This document shows, piece after piece, positions 9,281 through 18,911 of a DNA stretch of 32,000 bases. Position 1 is the first letter of the stretch. Each line of letters opens with the position of its first letter. The notes beneath the pieces were generated by a model. That model was not told where the DNA came from. It was given only the letters and a program-made list of their open reading frames with translations, and ran no database searches. The DNA is taken from assembly GCF_000186885.1 (NCBI RefSeq), contig NC_014972.1, positions 930,001 through 962,000 of the forward strand, written 5' to 3'. This DNA is from Desulfobulbus propionicus DSM 2032. GTDB lineage: Bacteria > Desulfobacterota > Desulfobulbia > Desulfobulbales > Desulfobulbaceae. A program made the position numbers and the translations under genes.

Positions 9281-9568
9281 AATGATTTTCAGTCCGGGCC
9301 GGATTGAAGGAGACGTACAGAGGCCGGCCGGTGAGGCTTGGATGCGAAGCCCCTCTCTGTTTTCCTTGCAGTGATAAAAAAGTTGCAGCCAGATGAACGG
9401 GTTGGAATATATTCGCGATAAGCGGCAGGGTCAACAGCTTTATCGGATGGTTGTCGAGGTGTTGCTGCCGGGAAAAATTAATAGTGGTGAAAAATTCTTT
9501 AATGTATATATTAAGTTACAAATGACCGACGACGATGTTCTCTCTTCTTTCACCCAAGGAGGTTCTGT

Positions 9569-10054
9569 ATGCAGAAGATCAGCAGTATTCTGACTCCGAT
9601 CGATTTTTCTGACAATGCCGGCAAAATCGTCAAGGCGGCGGCGTATGTGGCGGGAACGTTCAAGGCGGAACTTCATTTGGTGTTTGTGGTGCAGACGTTT
9701 GAAGACTACAGTGGTTTTTTTGTTCCGCCCATTAATCTGCCGAATCTGGAAGAAGAGCTGTTTGCCTCGGCCCAGCAGCAGATGGAAACCTATCTGGAAG
9801 AGAACAAGGCAATGTTTGCCGAGGCAGGGGTTTCGCATGTCACCGGCAAGGTCCTTTCCGGCGATGTGGGCGAGGAAATCTTGAATTATGCGACCAAGAA
9901 GAAAGTGCAGTTGATTGTCATGGGCACGCATGGCTACAAGGGGCTGGAGCGGATTATGTTCGGCAGCGTGGCCGACAAGGTGGTCAAGACGGCCTGTTGT
10001 CCGGTGATGACCATCAATCCCTACCGGGAGGAGTGCGAGAGCAACGCCGCCTGA
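9569..10054 (+). CDS. Universal stress protein (UspA family)
   Basis: 161 aa, with AAGGAGG 6 nt upstream of the ATG. It shows the Usp fold pattern including the ATP-binding motif MGTHGYKGLERIMFGSVADKVV (G-2x-G-9x-G-S). Confidence 0.9.
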   Translation: MQKISSILTPIDFSDNAGKIVKAAAYVAGTFKAELHLVFVVQTFEDYSGFFVPPINLPNLEEELFASAQQQMETYLEENKAMFAEAGVSHVTGKVLSGDVGEEILNYATKKKVQLIVMGTHGYKGLERIMFGSVADKVVKTACCPVMTINPYREECESNAA

Positions 10055-10185
10055 AACCAGACGGCGGCGCATCTTGGGGCCGGCAACCGAGGTCAGCGGA
10101 GAGGGTGGCGCTCCACGGCATGGGGCACCTCCCCGGCCTTGATGGTCCTGATTTGCAGCTATGGGCTGCGCGAGAGGGCAAAAAA

Positions 10186-10506
10186 ATGGAAAAACGAAAA
10201 CACCCACGAATACCGGTGCACGGAATGAGCATTGATGTATCAGACGGTATTGGCTGTTGCTCGGGTGATGTGCGCGATGTCTCCCGCGTAGGCCTCTGTT
10301 TGGTGGATATGGCCAAACGGTTTGGCAAGAATATCGACGCCTATACCGTGGTGGCCTCCAGTGGGGAGAAATATTTCAAGTTTCGCGTCCGGCCGCGCTG
10401 GGAACGGGCCGGACGGCTGAGCAAGCGCGTCGGGGTGGAAATCGAGGAAGCCCCGTGGCAATGGACCGAATACGTGATGTCGCTTGAAGCGCAACAGCGT
10501 CTCTAG
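10186..10506 (+). CDS. Stand-alone PilZ-domain protein (putative c-di-GMP receptor)
   Basis: I prefer the ATG at 10186 inside ORF 9997..10506. The product begins MEKRKHPRIPV…DVSRVGLCL. It has RKHPR (RxxxR) and, about 24 residues later, DVSRVG (DxSxxG), which are the two PilZ c-di-GMP binding motifs. Confidence 0.7.
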   Translation: MEKRKHPRIPVHGMSIDVSDGIGCCSGDVRDVSRVGLCLVDMAKRFGKNIDAYTVVASSGEKYFKFRVRPRWERAGRLSKRVGVEIEEAPWQWTEYVMSLEAQQRL

Positions 10507-10527
10507 AGTCAGGCGCAACTCCTTCTG

Positions 10528-11637
10528 TCATCTTCTTCCATTCCTCCGCAACAGGCCAATAAAGCAGCCGTTGGCGGACGGGCCGTCTACTCTTCCCGCG
10601 GATCGTCTTTTTTCGACAAATCCATCCCGCAAGAGGTGCCGGGCTGAACTATCGGGGAAATAATAGAAGTCAAGGGTGCAGCGTCCCACCAGGTTTTTCG
10701 GGTAACGGTTGTCTAGGCATTGGGTCCATTGAGCCGCGCTTTCCGTCAGGAGCTGCTTGACCGTTTCCTCCGGCGCAGGGGCGGTTGTCGAGGATGGGGC
10801 CAGCATCCGCAGCGCTTGCTGCAGGTTCGGACACAGAGTGCTGCACGGCTCGTCGATCGTCGCTTTTTCCTTCCATGAACCGCCATCATGCATCGGCAGT
10901 TCCAGGCTGGCTGACCACCGGGGGCTTTGGTGGTGGCCGTGCTCATACGTATCCTGCAGCAACGCAAAAACCTGCTGATCACTGGTCACCAGCAGACCCT
11001 GCGGCTGTTCCGGATCATGCAGGCACAAACGGCTCCAGGCCTTGAGCCGGTGCAGGAGCGTGGTGTCCGTTTCCTGTCCGATTTCATGGAGGCTGGTGGT
11101 GAGGCTGAAGGGAGTGTCTTCTTCTTCGTCACGCAATTCGGCCAAAAGGGTGTCCTGACGGGCGGCGATCCGGCCAAGGGCCTCGTTGATCTCGGCTTGC
11201 TGGACATCGTACAGTTCCGCCAGTTTCAACACCAATCGAGATTGCCAGAGAAGCATCTCCCGTTCCTCGTGCTCGCTGTTGTTTTGCCCCTGCAGGGCGG
11301 CAAGAATCGCGTGTTTGCTTTCAGACCGATGGTCGTGGTGCAAGCCAGCCAGCGCCAGCATGCCAAGTTGGCTGATATACTCGGCGCCGCTCCTGCGCAT
11401 GTCGTTCACCAGGGCAAGAAACCGCTCGCGCTGTTCGCCCAAAGGAGCCGGGATCCAGCTGCGCAGCCGTCCCGCTTGACAGCATTGCTCGACAAAGCCG
11501 GAACCAACCTCCTGCTCCGCTGGGTCGTTTTCCACGGCTTGCAGGTAGACAACCTGATCGAAAACCGGTACAAGGGAGGACAAAAGGCCCTTGTCGGGCA
11601 GGGTTTCCGGAAACACGTAGGCGATATTTTTATTCAT
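10528..11637 (-). CDS. Hypothetical protein, 369 aa, no family recognised
   Basis: The ORF is clean and begins MNKNIAYVFPETLPDKGLL… It has a central acidic, coiled-coil-like stretch (EREMLLWQSRLVLKLAELYDVQQAEINEALGRIAARQDTLLAELRDEEED) and His-rich patches (LHHDHRSESKH, YEHGHHQS). The opposite-strand ORF looks like antisense junk over this interval. No SD sequence is visible. Confidence 0.6.
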   Translation of the reverse strand: MNKNIAYVFPETLPDKGLLSSLVPVFDQVVYLQAVENDPAEQEVGSGFVEQCCQAGRLRSWIPAPLGEQRERFLALVNDMRRSGAEYISQLGMLALAGLHHDHRSESKHAILAALQGQNNSEHEEREMLLWQSRLVLKLAELYDVQQAEINEALGRIAARQDTLLAELRDEEEDTPFSLTTSLHEIGQETDTTLLHRLKAWSRLCLHDPEQPQGLLVTSDQQVFALLQDTYEHGHHQSPRWSASLELPMHDGGSWKEKATIDEPCSTLCPNLQQALRMLAPSSTTAPAPEETVKQLLTESAAQWTQCLDNRYPKNLVGRCTLDFYYFPDSSARHLLRDGFVEKRRSAGRVDGPSANGCFIGLLRRNGRR

Positions 11638-11640
11638 GAT

Positions 11641-12006
11641 ATGAGTACATTACGGGAAAAAATTACATTTATTCTGACGGCTGTCGCCTATCTGCTCTTT
11701 CATCTGCGCGTGGGTGCCGACCCTGGTGCCGTCGCCATGGGGACCGCCTACCAGATACTGCTCACCGCGCCCTATGCCTTGGGGTTCACCTACATCGTGG
11801 CGGTCGTGTTCCGCCGGCTTTCGGGTAAGGGCTGGTTGCCGTGGGATCGGTTGATGCGGGTGTTTTTCACCGTCGGCATCCTTTTTGCCTTTTTCTTTGC
11901 CTTGTATGAATATGCGGAACAAGGACTGCCGCCGGAACAGCGGCCGCCGCGCGACAACTCTAGCGTATCACGCTTTTTCGAGGATGTAGTCCAGAAGGTG
12001 CGGTAG
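11641..12006 (+). CDS. Small putative 3-TM membrane protein (tentative)
   Basis: This is the 3' part of ORF 10927..12006. An ATG at 11641 gives 121 aa with three hydrophobic segments (ITFILTAVAYLLFHL, AYQILLTAPYALGFTYIVAVVF, MRVFFTVGILFAFFFALY) and GC-rich third codon positions. It has no SD sequence, and its start lies only 3 bp from the divergent start at 11637. Its 3' end overlaps the next gene by 47 bp. Confidence 0.4.
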   Translation: MSTLREKITFILTAVAYLLFHLRVGADPGAVAMGTAYQILLTAPYALGFTYIVAVVFRRLSGKGWLPWDRLMRVFFTVGILFAFFFALYEYAEQGLPPEQRPPRDNSSVSRFFEDVVQKVR

Positions 12007-12760
12007 CGTTGGGCAGGAGCAGGCTCTCCGGCCCCATGATCGTTCCCGGGCTGGTCACCGCGTTGCAGCCGGTCTGGGCGCCATCGCCGATGATGGCACC
12101 GAATTTGCGCAGGCCGGTATCGAGGCGGCCGCTTGCTGTCCGGATCGGGATGGTGCCGGCAACGAAGCGAAGATTGGCGCACTTGGTGCCCGCTCCGAGA
12201 TTGACCCTGTTGCCGAGAATCGAGTCACCCAGATAGGCGAAATGGCCAGCCTTGGCGTCGTTGAGGAAGACGGTGTGCTTGACCTCGGTGGTGTGGCCGA
12301 CCACGCAGCGTTTGCCGATCAGACAGTAGCCGCGCAGGTAGGCCCCCTGACGGACTTCCGAGCAGTCACCGATGATGGCCGGGGATTTGATCATCGCCCC
12401 GGACTCGATCAGTACCCCTCTGCCGATCTTGATGTTTTTTCCCACCAGAACCGCCCCGGCCATGATCACCGAGGCCCCCTCGAGGAACTGCCCGTTCTCC
12501 CAAACCGTTAGGCCGCCCTTGGTGGTGTCGTTGTAGGTAATGATGCATTCCCTGGCGTTGCGCAGCTTGCCGTTGAACCAGAGGTATGGGCTGTCCAGGG
12601 GGACGCCGTCGGTGATGCAGACATGCTGAAAGGTCGGGGCGGTATGGCTGGCGACATAGGCCTTGAGTTTTTTCAGCGGATCCCAGACATAGGGGCATTC
12701 GGCGAAGAGATCGGGATCGGGGAAATCGGTGAGATCAAAAAATGATCCGGGGGTCAGCAT
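11960..12760 (-). CDS. Left-handed beta-helix (hexapeptide-repeat) protein, GlmU C-terminal/acyltransferase-like
   Basis: 266 aa. Successive hexapeptide-type turns are visible (VIMAGAVLVGKNIKIGRGVLIESGAMIKSPAIIGDCSEVRQGAYLRGYCLIGKRCVVGHTTEV…GDSILGNRVNLGAGTKCAN…). The N-terminal ~90 aa have no recognisable domain. Confidence 0.7.
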   Translation of the reverse strand: MLTPGSFFDLTDFPDPDLFAECPYVWDPLKKLKAYVASHTAPTFQHVCITDGVPLDSPYLWFNGKLRNARECIITYNDTTKGGLTVWENGQFLEGASVIMAGAVLVGKNIKIGRGVLIESGAMIKSPAIIGDCSEVRQGAYLRGYCLIGKRCVVGHTTEVKHTVFLNDAKAGHFAYLGDSILGNRVNLGAGTKCANLRFVAGTIPIRTASGRLDTGLRKFGAIIGDGAQTGCNAVTSPGTIMGPESLLLPNATAPSGLHPRKSVIR

Positions 12761-12872
12761 ACGCGGGCTCCATAGCAGGCGGTAGAACGGGGGTGAAGAA
12801 TAGCCTTTCTATATTGAGCTGCCGGTATTTATTCAAGGAAAATTTTCTTTGCCGGTAAGGTCCTCCCCTTGT

Positions 12873-12901
12873 CTTGACTTCGGGGGGGGTTGTGTTTACT
12901 G
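12873..12901 (+). promoter_or_regulatory. Candidate sigma70-type promoter upstream of lon
   Basis: TTGACT (12873-12878), a 17-bp spacer and TACTGT (12896-12901), about 58 bp upstream of the proposed lon start. The spacer contains a G8 run (12881-12888). Confidence 0.35.
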
Positions 12902-12958
12902 TCGTGGGACAATTCAGCGCCAGGGGTATCGTTCCAGGCGATTTTAAGGAGGAAAAAC

Positions 12959-15388
<2,430 letters not shown>

Positions 15389-15402
15389 CGAGACCAACGT
15401 GG

Positions 15403-15450
15403 CTGGCGGCGGGGGACTGAAGGTCGCTTCCGCCGCTGGTAGTCTTTTTT
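15403..15450 (+). terminator. Possible intrinsic terminator after lon
   Basis: CTGGCGGCGG (15403-15412) pairs with CCGCCGCTGG (15430-15439), including two G-U wobbles. It is followed by TAGTC and then T6 (15445-15450). The long loop makes this only moderately convincing. Confidence 0.4.
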
Positions 15451-15487
15451 GTCTGCATCACTGTTCACCTTTATTCGTCTTCGCTTC

Positions 15488-16474
15488 ATGCGCCGCCTGT
15501 TGCCTCTTCTCCTTGTTGTTTGCCTCGTCATCGGCGGCGTTGGACTCTGGTACCGATCCTTCCTGACAACGCCTTCGCCGGGAAACGGTGAGATGGTGGT
15601 GGAGATTCCCAAGGGAACCGGGGTGCGCGGCATCGGCGCCTTGCTGGCGGCAAAGGGTCTGCTGCGCGACGACATCCGCTTTTTGGCCTTGGTCTGGTTG
15701 TCGGGAATCAGGGCCAAATTGCAGGCCGGCGAGTACAGTCTGCCGCGTGGATTGACGCCGCCCGAACTGTTGCAACTGCTGGTCAAGGGCAGCACGCTTC
15801 GCCATCATGTGACCATTCCGGAAGGCGTGACGGTCGCCCAGGCGGCTCTGCTGTTTGCGCGGGACGGCTGGATCAAGCAGGACCGATTTCTGGCGCTTTC
15901 CCAAGACAAAACACTCATTCGGCAGCTGGGCCTGGATGCGCCCAGCCTGGAAGGCTATCTTTTTCCCGAAACCTATACCCTGGTGCGCAACGAGGCGGAC
16001 GAACGGTCGGTGTTGCGGATGATGGTCGAGCGTTTTCACCGTGTCTGGCGGGATCTGAACATCAACGAAGCCCATGGGCTGAACCGCCATCAGCTCGTCA
16101 TCCTCGCCTCGGTGGTGGAGAAGGAAACCGGGGCCGCTGTGGAACGCCCGTTGATTGCCAGGGTTTTTCTCAACCGCCTGGATCGCCAGATGCCCCTGCA
16201 ATCGGACCCGACGGTGATTTATGGCATCCAGGATTTCAACGGCAATCTGACCAAGGCCGATCTCAAGCGGCACACACCGTACAACACCTACACCTTGCCC
16301 GCCCTGCCTGCCGGCCCGATCTGCAACCCTGGTCGCGCCGCCCTGGAGGCGGTCATCCGCCCGGCGGATTCCCAAGCACTCTACTTTGTGTCCAAGAACG
16401 ACGGCACCCATGTCTTTTCCACCAACTTGGCCGACCACAATCGAGCGGTCCAGATCTATCAACGCGGCAAGTAA
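15488..16474 (+). CDS. mltG: Endolytic murein transglycosylase MltG (YceG-like)
   Basis: An N-terminal TM anchor (MRRLLPLLLVVCLVIGGVGLW) is followed by the YceG core: LEGYLFPETY, ILASVVEKE, LQSDPTVIYG, YNTY…PPGPICNPG, YFVSKNDGTHVFS. The start is either 15488 or 15449. Confidence 0.9.
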   Translation: MRRLLPLLLVVCLVIGGVGLWYRSFLTTPSPGNGEMVVEIPKGTGVRGIGALLAAKGLLRDDIRFLALVWLSGIRAKLQAGEYSLPRGLTPPELLQLLVKGSTLRHHVTIPEGVTVAQAALLFARDGWIKQDRFLALSQDKTLIRQLGLDAPSLEGYLFPETYTLVRNEADERSVLRMMVERFHRVWRDLNINEAHGLNRHQLVILASVVEKETGAAVERPLIARVFLNRLDRQMPLQSDPTVIYGIQDFNGNLTKADLKRHTPYNTYTLPALPAGPICNPGRAALEAVIRPADSQALYFVSKNDGTHVFSTNLADHNRAVQIYQRGK

Positions 16475-16602
16475 ACCTTTTTTGCTGACAAGCTGAACGG
16501 CGGCACCATCATTTGGGGCACCCGCTCGCCAAACCTTGTCGCGTATCGGTCCTCTTCCGCGCCTGCACGAAATGGCGCTTGCGGGAGCAGGAAGGAATTT
16601 CC

Positions 16603-16761
16603 TTGTTTTTAATTTAATTAATGTTATGTTCGCCGGACAGGAGTAGATTATGCGGTATTTTCGTTGGTTACGGTTTTGATTCAGTGTGTATGGGTTGAAA
16701 AGTGGCCTGAAAGATCGCATGGATAAAGCATTCAGCCCAAGACAAGGAGAACAAGGGAGCA
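16603..16761 (+). promoter_or_regulatory. Candidate promoter plus long leader of the cold-shock gene
   Basis: TTGTTT (16603-16608), a 16-bp AT-rich spacer and TATGTT (16625-16630). This would give a leader of roughly 125 nt before the ATG at 16762. The palindrome AAGGAA-T-TTCCTT lies just upstream (16592-16604). Confidence 0.3.
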
Positions 16762-16962
16762 ATGTTGAAAGGAACAGTGAAGTGGTTTAATGAGTCCAAA
16801 GGGTTCGGTTTTATTGAGCAGGAAGCAGGCAAGGATGTTTTTGTCCACTACTCTGCGATCAGTGGATCGGGTTTCAAGACATTGAATGAAGGCGACAAGG
16901 TGCAATTCGAAATCGTTGACGGTCCCAAGGGACCGGCTGCCGCCAATGTCACCAAACAATAA
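16762..16962 (+). CDS. cspA: Cold-shock protein (CspA family, CSD fold)
   Basis: 66 aa: [33 protein letters not shown]… It carries the RNP1 (KGFGFI) and RNP2 (VFVHY) motifs, and GGAG lies upstream. Confidence 0.97.
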   Translation: MLKGTVKWFNESKGFGFIEQEAGKDVFVHYSAISGSGFKTLNEGDKVQFEIVDGPKGPAAANVTKQ

Positions 16963-16980
16963 AATGAATTGATTGTTCAA

Positions 16981-17014
16981 GCCCGGCGGGATCTTCCCGC
17001 CGGGCTTTTTTTTT
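16981..17014 (+). terminator. Rho-independent terminator of the cold-shock gene
   Basis: A perfect 10-bp GC stem, GCCCGGCGGG (16981-16990) / CCCGCCGGGC (16996-17005), with a 5-nt loop, followed directly by T9 (17006-17014). Confidence 0.85.
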
Positions 17015-17166
17015 GTGCGGCCTCGGCAGGGAACGGCAGTGCATGCCGTTTTCCAGGCATGAAGGCTGTGCGTTTCCCTGTTTTTTCTCTTTTTTCCGCC
17101 AGACGGCGTTTGCCTGCCTGGGACGCGCCAAGCACAGCCGTAACGTTTTTTTCAGGTGAATGTGTT

Positions 17167-18792
17167 GTGAAGATCGCCCTTATTCAAACGAACCCCATCA
17201 TCGGCGCCTTTGAACGAAATCTTCGCCAGGTGCTCCATTGGATCGGCAAGGCCAGGCAGGCCAGGTGTGATCTTGTTGTTTTTCCTGAGTTGACGCTTTG
17301 CGGATACCCTCCCCAAGATTTACTGGAACGGCCTGCGTTCCTGGATGGCCATGATCGCGCCTTGGTCGATCTGGTCAAACAGTTGGCTGGCATCAGCTGT
17401 ATCGTCGGGGTGCCTGAACGTCGACAAGGTCCGGGCAAGCCGTTGTACAACTCGGCCTATGTCCTAGAGCGCGACAAGATCGCGGTGCGGGCGCGCAAAC
17501 AGTTACTGCCCACCTACGATGTCTTTGACGAAACCCGCTATTTCGAGCCGGGAACGACCTCGACCGTGTTTCCCTGCAAGGGGGTGCATTGCGGTCTGAC
17601 CATCTGCGAGGATATCTGGTGGAACAGCGAGATCTATCCGACGGATCCCCTCAAGGATCTGGTCATCGGGCCGATCGTGCCGGACTGCCTGATCAATATT
17701 TCCGCCTCGCCCTACCACTACGGCAAGCTAGAGGAGCGGCAACAGGTCTTCACCCGGCTGTGCCGGGACAACAATCTGCCCCTGCTGTACGTTAATCAGG
17801 TCGGCGGCCAGGATGGACTGATTTTTGACGGGCATTCGATGGTCATGACCCCCCGAGGCACCTTGCGGGCTGTGGCGGCCGGCTTTGGCGAGGACATGCT
17901 GGTGGTCGACAGCGAGGACTGGGACAGGGACGGCGGGCAGTTGCCGGCGGATAGCGTGGCCGATGTCGAGCAGGCGCTGGTGCTCGGGGTGCGCGATTAT
18001 CTCCACAAGACCGGTTTTCGCCGGGCGGTGCTCGGCCTGTCCGGGGGAATCGATTCGGCGGTGACGGCGGTGATCGCCTGTCGGGCCCTGGGGCCGGAGA
18101 ATGTGCTCTGCGTGGCCATGCCCTCGCCCTACACCTCGCAGGCATCCATAGACGATGCCCGCCAGCTGGCGGCCAACCTGGGCTGTGACTTCGAAATCAT
18201 CGCCATTTCCGCTCTGATGGAGACGTACCGCGCCAGTTTGGCGCCGCTGTTTACCGGATTGGCGGAGGATGCCACCGAGCAAAACATCCAAGCCCGTATT
18301 CGGGGCAACCTGCTCATGGCCCTGTCCAACAAATTCAAGCGGCTGCTCCTGACCACCGGCAACAAGTCGGAAATGGCGGTTGGCTATTGCACCCTCTACG
18401 GCGACATGAGCGGCGGCTTGGCGGTGATTGCCGATGTGCCCAAGATCATGGTCTACGAACTGGCGCATCTCCTCAACCGGGAAAGGGAACTTATCCCCGA
18501 ACGGATCATCACCCGCCCGCCGACCGCGGAACTCAAGCCCGATCAATGCGATCAAGACGACCTGCCGCCTTACGAGGTGCTTGACGGTGTTCTTAAGGCC
18601 TATCTGGAGGAGCATAAAAGTATCGAGGCGATCGTTGCCAATGGGTATGATGCCCAGATGGTCCGGGATATCGTGCGTCGGATCAAGCTCAATGAGTACA
18701 AGCGCAAGCAGGCGCCGCTGGGCATCAAGGTTACCACCAAGGCTTTCGGTCCAGGGCGTCGCTATCCACTGGTGCAGGGGTTCGTCGAGTAA
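17167..18792 (+). CDS. nadE: Glutamine-dependent NAD+ synthetase
   Basis: I prefer the GTG at 17167 (VKIALIQTNP…) inside ORF 16969..18792. The N-terminal CN-hydrolase domain has the catalytic E/K/C context (VVFPELTLCGYP, GLTICEDIW). The C-terminal NAD synthetase domain has the PP-loop GLSGGIDSAV. Confidence 0.93.
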   Translation: MKIALIQTNPIIGAFERNLRQVLHWIGKARQARCDLVVFPELTLCGYPPQDLLERPAFLDGHDRALVDLVKQLAGISCIVGVPERRQGPGKPLYNSAYVLERDKIAVRARKQLLPTYDVFDETRYFEPGTTSTVFPCKGVHCGLTICEDIWWNSEIYPTDPLKDLVIGPIVPDCLINISASPYHYGKLEERQQVFTRLCRDNNLPLLYVNQVGGQDGLIFDGHSMVMTPRGTLRAVAAGFGEDMLVVDSEDWDRDGGQLPADSVADVEQALVLGVRDYLHKTGFRRAVLGLSGGIDSAVTAVIACRALGPENVLCVAMPSPYTSQASIDDARQLAANLGCDFEIIAISALMETYRASLAPLFTGLAEDATEQNIQARIRGNLLMALSNKFKRLLLTTGNKSEMAVGYCTLYGDMSGGLAVIADVPKIMVYELAHLLNRERELIPERIITRPPTAELKPDQCDQDDLPPYEVLDGVLKAYLEEHKSIEAIVANGYDAQMVRDIVRRIKLNEYKRKQAPLGIKVTTKAFGPGRRYPLVQGFVE

Positions 18793-18911
18793 GCGGACCG
18801 CAAGCTGTCGCCGGCCTGCGGTAAATCTTGCTTTGACGCCGTTGTTTTTTTTGGGTATCTTGGCCCACCCGTTCAGGGATTTTCTTCTCTTCGAGACGAT
18901 CAGCAAGCGAC

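Noticed and set aside
7036-9307. Long plus-strand ORFs (7036..8283, 415 aa; 8384..9307, 307 aa) opposite hemE and the radical SAM gene
   Set aside because: The minus-strand products have unmistakable family signatures ([10 protein letters not shown]; CxxxCxxC plus SPASM). The plus-strand translations are G/R/A/V-rich junk with no motifs, so these are shadow ORFs.
9403-9417. Possible sigma54 -24/-12 element (TGGAATATATTCGCG) upstream of the Usp gene
   Set aside because: The GG-to-GC spacing is one nucleotide short of the TGGCAC-N5-TTGC consensus, and the flanking consensus bases are missing.
9393-9593. 66-aa ORF in the AT-rich gap upstream of, and overlapping, the Usp start
   Set aside because: It has no SD sequence and overlaps the well-supported Usp RBS and start. 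Its composition reflects AT-rich promoter DNA and it has no recognisable motif. It cannot be excluded as a small protein, but the sequence alone does not support it.
10927-11640. 5' two-thirds of the 359-aa plus-strand ORF 10927..12006
   Set aside because: This part is antisense to the 369-aa minus-strand gene and reads like shadow sequence (L/R/Q/G/V-rich). Only the portion after the ATG at 11641 has a membrane-protein-like pattern, and I kept that as a tentative small CDS.
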